Shown here piece by piece: positions 44,299 to 53,640 of a stretch of 64,000 bases of DNA; position 1 is the first letter of the stretch; each line of letters begins with the position of its first letter. Origin of the DNA: an uncultured Nitrospira sp. (GTDB taxonomy: Bacteria; Nitrospirota; Nitrospiria; Nitrospirales; Nitrospiraceae); contig CAZXRB010000001.1 of assembly GCA_964642845.1 (NCBI GenBank), forward strand, positions 19,754-83,753, in the 5' to 3' direction. Made by a program: the position numbers and the translations under genes. The notes under the pieces were generated by a model. It searched no databases. It was not told the DNA's origin and was given only the letters and a program-made list of their open reading frames with translations.

Positions 44299-45594
44299 TT
44301 AGAGTCGCCAGTACTTGATCGTGTCCGGCACGGCGGCAGCGTCAAAGACACTCTTCACGTCGACGAGGACGCCGTTCTTCTGATGGCGTAAGGGTTTCAA
44401 CAATTCTTTCGGTCCCATCTCGACGTATCGCCGATGCGCAACGGCTAGGATGACGCCATCGACAGCGGTGACGCGGTCCCACTCGCTCAGGTGAATGCCG
44501 TATTCCGCAACGGCCTCTTCCGGCTCCGCGATGGGATCATGCACAACGACCTCGACGCCATATTCACGGAGTTCATTGATGATGTCCGGCACTTTGCTGT
44601 TCCGGAGGTCGGGGACATTCTCCTTAAACGTCAGCCCCAAGACCGCCACCTTCAGTTCGTTTACAGGGCGAGATAGTTGGCTCAAGAGCTTCATCGTCTG
44701 CTCAGCGACAAATTTCCCCATGCCGTTGTTGATCCGACGCCCGGCCAAGATCACTTGCGGATGGTATCCCACGGATTCCGCCTTGGCCGTCAGATAATAG
44801 GGGTCAACACCGATGCAGTGCCCACCGACAAGACCAGGAGAGAACTTGAGGAAATTCCATTTGGTCCCGGCCGCTTCCAAGACCGATTTGGTATCGATTC
44901 CCAAACGATGGAAGATCAGCGCCAGCTCATTCATCAGCGCGATGTTCAGATCCCGCTGGGTGTTCTCGATCACTTTCGCCGCTTCCGCCACCTTAATGGA
45001 CGGAGCCCGGTGAATGCCGGCCTTGACCACCAACGCATAGGTCTGCGCCACGATCTCCAATGATTCGCCGTCCTGAGCGGACACCACTTTCACGATCTTT
45101 TCCAGCGTGTGTTCCTTATCGCCCGGATTGATCCGCTCGGGCGAGTATCCGATTTTGAAATCCACACCGGCTTTCAGGCCTGAGGTTTTTTCCAAAATGG
45201 GCAGGCACACTTCTTCCGTCGCTCCCGGATAGACCGTCGATTCGTAGACTACGATCGTCCCGGGAGAGAGATTCCGGCCGATGAGCTCGGATGATTTCCG
45301 GAGCGCGGTGAGATCGGGCTGCAAGGCCTCGTTGATCGGCGTGGGGACGGCCACAATGATGAAGTCGGCCGTTTTCAAATCCGTTGGCTCGCACGTAAAC
45401 CGAATGTGGGCCGACGTGAGATCTTGCGAGGACACTTCGCCGGTCCGGTCGACACCGGACCGCAACTCGTCAATTTTCGTCTTGTTGATGTCAAACCCGA
45501 CTACAGGGGCGTGTTTGCCGAACGCCACGGCAATCGGGAGACCTACGTAGCCGAGGCCCACGACGGCGATAGAATGCGGTTTCTCTGTTCTCAT
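44299..45594 (-). CDS. Nucleotide-sugar 6-dehydrogenase (UDP-N-acetyl-hexosamine dehydrogenase, WbpO/TviB/CapL-like)
   Basis: IAVVGLGYVGLPIAVAFGK Rossmann N-terminus, GYSPERINPGD, catalytic GGHCIGVDPYYL, and a C-terminal UDP-binding domain (LGLTFKENVPDLRNS). Confidence 0.9.
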   Translation of the reverse strand: MRTEKPHSIAVVGLGYVGLPIAVAFGKHAPVVGFDINKTKIDELRSGVDRTGEVSSQDLTSAHIRFTCEPTDLKTADFIIVAVPTPINEALQPDLTALRKSSELIGRNLSPGTIVVYESTVYPGATEEVCLPILEKTSGLKAGVDFKIGYSPERINPGDKEHTLEKIVKVVSAQDGESLEIVAQTYALVVKAGIHRAPSIKVAEAAKVIENTQRDLNIALMNELALIFHRLGIDTKSVLEAAGTKWNFLKFSPGLVGGHCIGVDPYYLTAKAESVGYHPQVILAGRRINNGMGKFVAEQTMKLLSQLSRPVNELKVAVLGLTFKENVPDLRNSKVPDIINELREYGVEVVVHDPIAEPEEAVAEYGIHLSEWDRVTAVDGVILAVAHRRYVEMGPKELLKPLRHQKNGVLVDVKSVFDAAAVPDTIKYWRL

Positions 45595-46136
45595 GACTCT
45601 CCCTATCTTCCGATGAAGCCAACAATGGCAGAAGCTTCCGCTTCAGTCAAGAAAGTGAAGGAATTTCATGGCGAATCGCTGGCACGCACACCACCGCCTT
45701 TGTGCTGTCCGGTCCTTTGGAGCGCATCTCGCCTCCTTGTCATGCTACTGACCACACTTCGATCGCGCTGCCCCCCAGCTCGTTCAGCGGTGCCACCAAC
45801 ACTGCTTATGGTGTCAGCGTCCCAAGGCTAGACCGTTCTTCGTGCGGTCGAAGAATCGCTCTCTTCGAGCCATTCGCCAGGGCAGCCAAGAGCTTGGCAC
45901 GGAGGGAACGGCCTACACTGGCATAGAGCAAAGAAAAATCAATGCGATACACAACTCATCCCCTTTGAGAAATATCAATTAACACCGTAGTTTCATGAAC
46001 TTCAGAGAAATAGGCGAACCAGTCGGTGAGCTGTACGAAGAGATTCCTCCCGTGCAAGGACGATGGCTTTTCATCCAGCGCTCGCTGTCTTTGAATCGAT
46101 TGAAGTTCTTGCGCATTCGCGCTGCATGAGTTTCAG

Positions 46137-46152
46137 AGGCACTCAAATTGCT
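46137..46152 (+). promoter_or_regulatory. Candidate sigma-54 (-24/-12) promoter upstream of the BACON/FN3 gene
   Basis: aGGCAC-tcaaa-TTGCT versus consensus TGGCAC-N5-TTGCW, with GG and GC correctly spaced. It ends ~79 nt before ATG 46231. Confidence 0.4.
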
Positions 46153-46230
46153 GAACGCTCTATTCGGGAATCGACGAAATGCTCGTGCATCGCAAACGCC
46201 AGTGAGTCTCGCCACAGGAGGAGCTGAACG

Positions 46231-48264
46231 ATGTTGGTCATAGTGTCAGCTCGCGTATCAACGATGTTTCTTCTCTTGCTCTCAGCCTCCATCCTCGTGA
46301 CAGCGCTCGACTGTGCCATGTCTTGGGCACAGCAGCCGATACAGACGGGGAAGCCGGCTGGCACAGCAACTCATCAGCCCGGCGGCGGTATTCCGAAGGC
46401 CTCAGAACGAAAGGCCCATAAACTCATCCGTAAACCTTCGATGCCGAAAACAGGGGCGCTGGCCGGCACGGTCACTCAGCCTCTTCTACAAGGCAGCGAC
46501 AGCCCAGCGGGATCGGCGAGCACTCCAGTGCAGGATTCCATAAGTAAGGAGCCGTCCGCGACCGGGAAAAGCGCACCGGCTTCGGCACCGGCTTCTCTTC
46601 AGACGAGCACTGGGATCATGCAAGCCGCACCCGCCAGCATGACGGGCGCCATCAGTTCACCGACAACGGCTACCGCACCTTCAGCGTCACCAAATTCGCG
46701 AACTGGGCTCACGGCGGCGGCATCAGGCGGACCGGCCCCTTCGGGCGTCGGTTTGCCGCCGCAACTGGGCCGTTTGTTGTCCGAACTCCCGGACATGAAC
46801 CAAATGGTCGCGCCAGCTGCTTCATCCCCTACTCCGCCTCCGCCATCGAATCCCGGAATCGGAGTGACCCCGCCCAGTTTGACGTTTACTGCGCAACAAA
46901 GCGGCGGTAATCCGGCTGCACAAACTCTCACGATCAGCAATACCGGAGGCGGGACACTGACCTGGACAGCCAGCGACAATGCCGGTTGGCTCACAGTCAG
47001 TCCGGCATCTGGTACGGCCCCCGGTGCCATCACGGCGTCGGTGAATCTCGGCACTCTCGCTCCAGGCACCTATAACGCCAGCGTGACCGTCAGCGCGTCA
47101 GGCGCTACGAGCGTCACTGTGCCGGTGAGCTTTACTGTCACGGCTGCGCCAGCACCACCGGCCATCGGGACAAGCCCGACGAGCCTGTCCTTCTCCGCAC
47201 AACAAGGTGGAGGTAACCCCGCTTCGCAAACCGTCAGCATCAGCAATACAGGCGGAGGAACGCTGGCGTGGTCAGTCACCGACAATGCCGCTTGGCTGAC
47301 GCTGTCTCCTGCGTCAGGCACGGGCAACGGAGGGTTCACCGCCACGGTATCGACCAGCTCGCTGGCAGCGGGCACGTACAACGCCGCCGTCACAATCAGC
47401 GCGACCGGTGCGACGAGTGTATCAGTGCCCGTAACACTGACCGTGGCGCCGGCACCGACGACGATCACGCTCACCCCTTCCACGCTCAGCTACTCAGCGG
47501 TCCAAGGCGCAGCGAATCCGGCGGCCCAATCGGTGACCGTCACATCCAACGGCAGTTGGACGGCAAGCACGAACACCTCGTGGCTCACGGTCAGCCCTGC
47601 CTCTGGATCTGGAAATGGCTCGGTAGCGGCAACCGCCAACATCGCGAGCCTCGCGGCCGGAACGCATAACGCGACCGTCACCGTGACGGGCGGAGGCGTC
47701 ACAAGGACCGTGAGCGTCACGCTGACCGTCTCGGCGGCCTCGCTAACGCTGAGCCCCTCTAGTCTCACCTTTACCGCGACACAAGGTGCGGCCAATCCGG
47801 CCAACCAGTCGATCACCCTCACTTCCAACGGAAGTTGGACGGTGACGGACAACGCGAGTTGGCTGAGTGTCAGCCCAGCATCCGGGTCGAATAATGGAAC
47901 CCTGACAGTCAGTGTCAATACAACGAATGCCACCGTAGGGAACAATGCCGGTACCATCACGGTCACCGGCGGCGGCATCACGCGGACCGTCAGCGTGATG
48001 CTTACGCTCAATGCGCCGGCCACCTCCTCGGCCACATTGACATGGAATGGGAATACCGAGTCTGATCTCGAAAGCTATCGGATCTACCGTTCTACGACAC
48101 CAGGGGTCTATGGAGCGGCTTTGGCCACGGTGCCGGCCGGCACCGTGACCTATCAAGCGACCGGCTTGCAGACGGGAACGACATACTACTTTACCGTTAC
48201 CGCTGTAGACGCAGCGGGCAACGAAAGTTCCCGCTCCAATGAGGTCAGCAAAAGTATTTTTTAG
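46231..48264 (+). CDS. Secreted protein: low-complexity Ala/Ser/Pro/Thr linker, four BACON-like Ig repeats, C-terminal fibronectin type III domain
   Basis: Signal peptide MFLLLLSASILVTALDCAMSWAQQ. There are four ~95-aa repeats with the pattern NPA.Q..T..S.G.W....N..WL.VSPASG.G.G...V.V (BACON-type). The FN3 reads LTWNGNTESDLESYRIYRS...TYYFTVTAVDAAGNES. AGGAGG lies 9 nt before the ATG. Confidence 0.8.
   Translation: MLVIVSARVSTMFLLLLSASILVTALDCAMSWAQQPIQTGKPAGTATHQPGGGIPKASERKAHKLIRKPSMPKTGALAGTVTQPLLQGSDSPAGSASTPVQDSISKEPSATGKSAPASAPASLQTSTGIMQAAPASMTGAISSPTTATAPSASPNSRTGLTAAASGGPAPSGVGLPPQLGRLLSELPDMNQMVAPAASSPTPPPPSNPGIGVTPPSLTFTAQQSGGNPAAQTLTISNTGGGTLTWTASDNAGWLTVSPASGTAPGAITASVNLGTLAPGTYNASVTVSASGATSVTVPVSFTVTAAPAPPAIGTSPTSLSFSAQQGGGNPASQTVSISNTGGGTLAWSVTDNAAWLTLSPASGTGNGGFTATVSTSSLAAGTYNAAVTISATGATSVSVPVTLTVAPAPTTITLTPSTLSYSAVQGAANPAAQSVTVTSNGSWTASTNTSWLTVSPASGSGNGSVAATANIASLAAGTHNATVTVTGGGVTRTVSVTLTVSAASLTLSPSSLTFTATQGAANPANQSITLTSNGSWTVTDNASWLSVSPASGSNNGTLTVSVNTTNATVGNNAGTITVTGGGITRTVSVMLTLNAPATSSATLTWNGNTESDLESYRIYRSTTPGVYGAALATVPAGTVTYQATGLQTGTTYYFTVTAVDAAGNESSRSNEVSKSIF
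46861..48024 (+). repeat. Four tandem coding repeats (~285-300 nt each) encoding BACON-like domains
   Basis: Repeat units at aa ~211-310, 311-410, 411-503 and 504-598 of the 677-aa protein. Units 1/2 and units 3/4 are the closest pairs. Confidence 0.8.
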
Positions 48265-48407
48265 CCGTTGGACTGCTTGAAAGGCGGTGGCTACTGCCTA
48301 CAGCGCGGAGAAGTCTCGGAGCCACGCCGGAACGAGCCTGAAATGGCAAGTGTTTGATACTATGAAGACTGCCATGCAATGCAGAGAGAATATTGACGTG
48401 AATCCCA

Positions 48408-48423
48408 TGGCACCCAACTTGCT
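48408..48423 (+). promoter_or_regulatory. Sigma-54 (-24/-12) promoter upstream of the lyase-like gene
   Basis: TGGCAC-ccaac-TTGCT is a full match to TGGCAC-N5-TTGCW. It lies in an AT-rich spacer ~150 nt upstream of ATG 48573. Confidence 0.55.
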
Positions 48424-48572
48424 TTACAAACGCGGCGATCTCGTTTATTCATTAGTAGAATCAGAAACTGTCTAAGCAGAACTGATGAGGAGAAAGAACG
48501 GGTTGGAGACGGGCACGCGGGGCCACCTCCAAGGAAAGACAAAGACAGTTGCACAACGGAAGGAGTGAACTG

Positions 48573-49748
48573 ATGTATAGGTTATTTGCCGTATTGCTCC
48601 TAGGCATCCTTTTTTGGTCGGACTTCGGATGGGTTCCTGCATCCCATTCAGTCGCTCCTCCTCGCTCAGGTCAGCCGTACGCTGAAAGTATCTGCAACAC
48701 AGATCCCAACGTCATTTTCTGCGAGGATTTCAACTACCCGCAGAACTTCTTCTGCTCTGACCCAGCGATCCAAAACAATCACCGATGGATTAATCCCGGC
48801 TGGCGTGAAGAGATGACCAGCTTCGTGTATGGTTGCATGGGAAGACGAATCAACCCATCCAGCCAGTACCCGACGAAGCCGCAGGGACACGCGCCGAGCG
48901 GTAGCCAGACCGACCATGTTTGGGTCGCCAACTGGGATCCGACAAAGGGCATCCAGGCCCATGGTGGATCTCCCGGGAAACTGTTGCTGGATAGCGGCGG
49001 CACCTACGCCAATGGCACTCCGGCTGCCACAGAACTGTATTTTCGGCTTCAAATCTACTGGACGCCCAATTACACCTGGCCCGGCGATCCCAAGATCGAC
49101 AAATACGCCTATGGTGCATACGGCAACAATGGCTGTTTTGACAACAAGATCATTTATTGGTTCCCTCCAGGCGGCATGGACAATCCAACCAGCGCCGCAT
49201 TCGACGCCGGTCTATTTACGGCCTGCGGGATCTGGGATCCCATCAACAACGCTCGTTTTTCCGATGCACTCGCCGTCCGCTATGGCGATGCCGGCGATAA
49301 TTACAAATATTTCCCGATGAATGCGTTCGCATCATACAATCCACAACACATGGAGTACGCTCCGTACCAGAGCATGACGCTGCGAAACCCCAACGATCAA
49401 AAAATATTCGGCAGGATTTTCCGCTTCAATACAGGACGATGGTATACGCTGGAGGCGCGATACAAACTGAGCTCACCCGGCGCAAATAACGGGATCGTCG
49501 AGGTGTGGGTGGATGGAACAAAAATATACTCGGCCAACGACCTTGCCACCTGCGGAAGCGGTCTCGGTAATTGTAGCGGGATTGGCAGCTTGATGCTGAC
49601 CGCCTACCATAACGGACTTGACCCCACTGTGTGGAACGGCCAGCAAGTGGTCGACAATCTTATTGTCTCCCGGTCCTATATCGGTCCTCCGAGCGGAACT
49701 TCTGATTCGACCCCTCCTGCAGCGCCCTCCAATCTGCGCGTACAGTAA
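48573..49748 (+). CDS. Secreted concanavalin-like / polysaccharide-lyase-like jelly-roll protein
   Basis: Signal peptide MYRLFAVLLLGILFW. The C-terminal part RWYTLEARYKLSSPGANNGIVEVWVDGTKIYS...QVVDNLIVS resembles the polysaccharide-lyase (heparin/alginate-lyase-like) beta-jelly roll. ATG 48573 is preceded by GGAAGGAG, and the TTG at 48549 in the track is less likely. Family call is tentative. Confidence 0.55.
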   Translation: MYRLFAVLLLGILFWSDFGWVPASHSVAPPRSGQPYAESICNTDPNVIFCEDFNYPQNFFCSDPAIQNNHRWINPGWREEMTSFVYGCMGRRINPSSQYPTKPQGHAPSGSQTDHVWVANWDPTKGIQAHGGSPGKLLLDSGGTYANGTPAATELYFRLQIYWTPNYTWPGDPKIDKYAYGAYGNNGCFDNKIIYWFPPGGMDNPTSAAFDAGLFTACGIWDPINNARFSDALAVRYGDAGDNYKYFPMNAFASYNPQHMEYAPYQSMTLRNPNDQKIFGRIFRFNTGRWYTLEARYKLSSPGANNGIVEVWVDGTKIYSANDLATCGSGLGNCSGIGSLMLTAYHNGLDPTVWNGQQVVDNLIVSRSYIGPPSGTSDSTPPAAPSNLRVQ

Positions 49749-49767
49749 CGCCATCGTGAGCGATGAC

Positions 49768-49805
49768 GCGCCAGGCTTTCCGAAAAGAGAGGAGCCTGGC
49801 GCTTT
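49768..49805 (+). terminator. Candidate terminator hairpin between convergent genes
   Basis: GCGCCAGGCT-15 nt-AGCCTGGCGC followed by TTT, 20 nt after the lyase-like stop. The loop is long and the T-tract short. Confidence 0.35.
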
Positions 49806-49960
49806 CCACCCCCGATGGCATGGTTCGCCATCGACTTCTCGAACCATACACGGGCTGAGGCGTCACTGACTTGTCATCGTAGCGCAGTAGCGCGGTTGGC
49901 ATGCCGCCTTATAACCTTCTGAGCCTGCAAGCGGAGTGGCGCGCGTGATGGTGTCAGTCT

Positions 49961-51097
49961 TTACCTGCTCGTCTTGGGCACCAATTGCTCTTTGATCAAG
50001 TAGTCTTCAACCACATGGGCCATCAACGCATGCCCTCGGGGAGTCAGGTGTCCCAGATGGTTCCAGTAGAGGGGCTCTTCTGACCAGGCTGCACCAAACT
50101 CTCGGTACGGGGCCAGGAGTCGCAGTCCCTCCCTTCTCGCCAACTGTTCCAGCCGCCGCTCCGGCTCCAACAGATCCCAGGACTGCCCCTTCATTGCAGG
50201 ATGGGCAGCCAGAATACGGTCCCAGGCATGTGTGCTTGCTACCCACGCGGCAGGAACACTGAGCACGAGCAACTGCGCGCCTTGGCGGTTCGTTTCAACG
50301 GCAAACCGATCCAGCGCGCGCTCATAGAGCCTCCAGGCCTCCTCCCATTCGTCTGTATGAGGGTGGCGGTACAACAGGTACCGCTGAGGGACCTCCGTGG
50401 AAGCTCCTGATTTCGTCGACTTCAGCCGCCACCGCCACGCGCTGAGCCATCGATAGAGCCGGGAATAGTATCGAATGGTAAAGAGCGGCTCTTGGTGGTA
50501 CTCATCGTATGATGCAACAGCTTGCGAATAATCAAATTCTTGCTCCTGTCCGTTTTTCGAGAAGAATGGCACCCCTCCTTGGCTCACGTTCAACGCGGGA
50601 TGCGAGCCTGATACGTCATTATCGAGATAGGTCGCCAAAATGACGAGGTCTGCCTGGTACTTCCTTCCCTCTCGCATCAGCAACAGCAGCTCTTGAATGG
50701 GCGAATAGCCATTGACCCCCAAATTGAGCACCTCCACGCGATAGCCGCGTCGGTTCAGTGCTTCTTCGAGCAGGTAGGTAAAGGTCTGTTCAAGATCGAC
50801 TTGCACCGCTTCGGTCATTGAGTCGCCGTACACGGCGATGCGGAACGTGTTGGGCGGCTTTGCGAGGGTGCGCTCTTTATCCCGCTGCCCCAGGCTGTTG
50901 ATCTGAATAAAGCCTCGGCCTTCCTCCGTCCACGTCCTTCGCGCGCCGGGGACATGGTGCCAGCCCAGCTGGGGGTCCGGCTCCCATACCCGAGCAAAAT
51001 CAAGTCCTACGACATAGAGCGCTCCTTCGATGAGGAGAAGACCGGTCAAGGACGACAGCGCGATCACCATGAGACCGATGAGAGCCTTCTTGGCCAT
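49961..51097 (-). CDS. Membrane-anchored SGNH/GDSL-like hydrolase (paralog 1)
   Basis: N-terminal TM ALIGLMVIALSSLTGLLLIEGALYVVGL, then FRIAVYGDSMTEAV (GDS block). Architecture parallels 58996..60105. Confidence 0.7.
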   Translation of the reverse strand: MAKKALIGLMVIALSSLTGLLLIEGALYVVGLDFARVWEPDPQLGWHHVPGARRTWTEEGRGFIQINSLGQRDKERTLAKPPNTFRIAVYGDSMTEAVQVDLEQTFTYLLEEALNRRGYRVEVLNLGVNGYSPIQELLLLMREGRKYQADLVILATYLDNDVSGSHPALNVSQGGVPFFSKNGQEQEFDYSQAVASYDEYHQEPLFTIRYYSRLYRWLSAWRWRLKSTKSGASTEVPQRYLLYRHPHTDEWEEAWRLYERALDRFAVETNRQGAQLLVLSVPAAWVASTHAWDRILAAHPAMKGQSWDLLEPERRLEQLARREGLRLLAPYREFGAAWSEEPLYWNHLGHLTPRGHALMAHVVEDYLIKEQLVPKTSR

Positions 51098-51123
51098 AGA
51101 AGCCTGCGCCTCGATTTACCGTT

Positions 51124-52482
51124 TCAGTTTCGGACGAGGGCGGAGACCGTGTCGTGAGCAGGGACAGCACTCATTGGAATGGCGTCGCTGCCAGACCCAG
51201 CCGATGGACGCCACAGCAAGTCGTGCGCCGCTCCGATCCAAAACATCTGGAGATACAAGGGCTCGATGTAGTAGAAATCGCCGAATAACGCTGCGACGCC
51301 AAATCCCAGTAGGCCGGCTTGGGCCCCCTTGGCCTGAAAATATAACGCGGGAATCGGTGCCCCGATCGACTGGGCAGGAAGTCGCCCGAATGCATTCCGC
51401 GCGAACAGAAGCAGATACAACGCGAGACCGACGGTCCCGACTTCCGACAGCAGACAGAAGTACAGGCTGTGCGGCACTCGCGGCTTGTTAAAGACAACCT
51501 CTGCAATCTCGTCGTTCGTTCCCAACTCCGCCACCTTTCCTGCATACTTCTCTTTTTCGTCGGAATAATTCCCCAACCCGACGCCGGCGACGGGGTGGTC
51601 CTGCCAGATGTGAAAAGCGATCTTCCACAGGACGGGCCTCGCCGCGGCGGAGGCATCCAGTTGCTCCTGCGGCGCAAAGATTGTCGCTACTCTGCTGTAA
51701 TAGGTCTCCGGGAGCCACGGTGAAGCCAACAGGGCGAGAAGCGCCAACGCCACGAGGACCTGCACCCGCTGTTTCAGCTGCACGGCGAGCATGAACAAAC
51801 CCACCGCCAGTCCGAGAAACGCGCCGCGCGAATCGGTGTAAATACAACATAGGACGACCGAAATCGCGCACGCCAGAAACACCAGACGATGTCTGGTGGA
51901 CAGCCTGGCATCCAGCACATTGGCAAAAATGAACGGCGCCATCAGCACGAGCAACGCGCCGAGGATATTGGAGCCTCCGACGCCCCACAACTCCTCAAGG
52001 CGGGGATTGCCTGCCAGCCCCTGCAGGACGCCCCAGAGGCTCAGCGCGCCCAACGAGACCGACGCGACCCAGACATACTGCATGAGCTGGGTCGGTGCGC
52101 GGAACATGCGCGAAAACAGAAAGCAAAAGACGAAAATCTTTGCGATGTCGAACGTGATGTCAAAACTGACTTGCGCCGAGTGTTCGGCCCAAAGACTGAC
52201 CACCACCAGCCAAGAGACGAACAACCCGAACAACGCCACGTTTTTGTTTTGTGAATTGGCCGGCGCATCTTGAACGACATACCGATGGCGATGCACCACA
52301 TAGCCGATACAGACGGCCGCAGCGGTGAAGAGGTGCAGGCGGCCGAATAAGGGCGTCCCCCACGTCAAATTCTCCGGACGGAGTAGCATGATATGAACAA
52401 AAAACAACAGGCCGTACACCGGGTTCACGATACTGTACAGCACGCTTCCGTAATAGAAGACTGACAGGAAGAGTATTCTCAT
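51124..52482 (-). CDS. O-antigen ligase / Wzy-type polymerase family membrane protein
   Basis: ~11 predicted TM segments and the Wzy_C-like region YTDSRGAFLGLAVGLFMLAV, followed by a periplasmic loop (HPVAGVGLGNY). Confidence 0.8.
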   Translation of the reverse strand: MRILFLSVFYYGSVLYSIVNPVYGLLFFVHIMLLRPENLTWGTPLFGRLHLFTAAAVCIGYVVHRHRYVVQDAPANSQNKNVALFGLFVSWLVVVSLWAEHSAQVSFDITFDIAKIFVFCFLFSRMFRAPTQLMQYVWVASVSLGALSLWGVLQGLAGNPRLEELWGVGGSNILGALLVLMAPFIFANVLDARLSTRHRLVFLACAISVVLCCIYTDSRGAFLGLAVGLFMLAVQLKQRVQVLVALALLALLASPWLPETYYSRVATIFAPQEQLDASAAARPVLWKIAFHIWQDHPVAGVGLGNYSDEKEKYAGKVAELGTNDEIAEVVFNKPRVPHSLYFCLLSEVGTVGLALYLLLFARNAFGRLPAQSIGAPIPALYFQAKGAQAGLLGFGVAALFGDFYYIEPLYLQMFWIGAAHDLLWRPSAGSGSDAIPMSAVPAHDTVSALVRN

Positions 52483-53636
52483 CGGCGAGAGGACGAAGCG
52501 ACCAGCTCACAATACATGGATTCGTAGGCCTCCACCATGGGATGGAGAGTAAAGTCCTTGCACACGCGGGCTCTGGCCTGCTGCCCCATCTGCCCATGGA
52601 GGGGCCTATCGCTCCAGAGCTTTCGGATCAGCCGGGACAATCGAGGCGCGTCCGTGGGCGAGAAGAAAAACCCTTCTCGACCTTCGTCGATCAAATCCCG
52701 TGTGCCACCGACATCGGTCGCCAAGACCGGCAACCCGGTTGACATCGCCTCCAACACCGTATTGCTGAATCCTTCGTACAATGAAGACTGCACGTACAAG
52801 TCCATGCATCCGAGGAGTGCGGGCGTGTCGTCGCTGTAGCCGCAGAGGCGTACGTCGCCCTCCAGCCCCAATTGCGTGATGGTTTTCTCCAACATTGGCC
52901 GTGTTTCTCCCTCCCCGACAATCACCAGGAATGGCCGCTCTTGCCCGCGCGGGAACAACGCCAACGCCTCGAGAATCACTCCATGATTCTTTACGGGGTC
53001 CAGACGTCCGACGGTGCCAATGATATATCGCTCCGCCGGAATGCCGAAGCGCCCTCGAAGTGTCCGCCGATCCTGCCGGGGACGAAACAGTTCATGATCC
53101 ACTCCGTTCGCGATGACCCTGATCCGTTCACTCGCGACAAGCGCCTCCGCGGCGAAGTCGTCCCGCATCCGACTGTTTAAGGTCACCAGGCGGTCGTAGC
53201 TGCGCACCCCGATGGCCTGGGCCGCTCGACGCAGCAGACGAACTCCCCTCAATTCACCCGCCGTTTTTCCGTGGAAGCCGTAGATAGTCGCCTGGATCCC
53301 CGCCAGGCGCGCCGCGAACGCCGTTTCAAGGAGGGTCGGCCATCCCCTGGCATGGAGGATGTCGATCCCGCATCGTCGAACCTCCGCCGCGATCCTCCCA
53401 ATAAGGCGGACGTCGTTGCCAGATCCCTTGCGAAATTCGATCACTCGGCATGAGCGCGAGCGAATGTGCCGCGCAAATTCCCCCGCCTCGGTGAGACAAA
53501 GAACGACGTGCCGGAAGCGGTCTTGATCGCCATGGTTGATGATATTGACCAGCCCGCGTTCCATCCCTCCTTCTTTAAAGGCATAGATCGTGTGCCCGAC
53601 CGTAATCGGCACGAATCTGGCATGATCGGCTACCAT
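52479..53636 (-). CDS. Glycosyltransferase family 4 (GT-B, retaining)
   Basis: GGMERGLVNI N-domain and the EX7E region SSLYEGFSNTVLEAMSTGLPVLATDVGGTRDLI. Confidence 0.85.
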   Translation of the reverse strand: MVADHARFVPITVGHTIYAFKEGGMERGLVNIINHGDQDRFRHVVLCLTEAGEFARHIRSRSCRVIEFRKGSGNDVRLIGRIAAEVRRCGIDILHARGWPTLLETAFAARLAGIQATIYGFHGKTAGELRGVRLLRRAAQAIGVRSYDRLVTLNSRMRDDFAAEALVASERIRVIANGVDHELFRPRQDRRTLRGRFGIPAERYIIGTVGRLDPVKNHGVILEALALFPRGQERPFLVIVGEGETRPMLEKTITQLGLEGDVRLCGYSDDTPALLGCMDLYVQSSLYEGFSNTVLEAMSTGLPVLATDVGGTRDLIDEGREGFFFSPTDAPRLSRLIRKLWSDRPLHGQMGQQARARVCKDFTLHPMVEAYESMYCELVASSSRR

Positions 53637-53640
53637 CGCC

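Noticed and set aside
45595-46230. 636-nt gene-free region with small ORFs (45979..46215 minus, 78 aa; a 44-codon plus-strand ORF from 45995). Considered as a degraded mobile-element gene or an ncRNA (RNase P, tmRNA, SRP and 6S signatures were checked by eye).
   Set aside because: No transposase or integrase-like motifs, no terminal inverted repeats, and no conserved ncRNA signature strings were found. It is most simply the divergent promoter region, including the sigma-54 site. A small RNA cannot be excluded without expression data.
46861-48024. Regularly spaced ~290-nt repeats, considered as a possible CRISPR-like or satellite array.
   Set aside because: The repeats are in-frame protein domain repeats (BACON-like) within one continuous ORF. 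Unit length and divergence are incompatible with CRISPR repeats and spacers. No cas genes are present.
48287-48475. 62-aa ORF in the spacer between the BACON/FN3 and lyase-like genes.
   Set aside because: It has no Shine-Dalgarno, starts at a non-ATG codon and overlaps the sigma-54 promoter. The AT-rich spacer is better explained as regulatory DNA.
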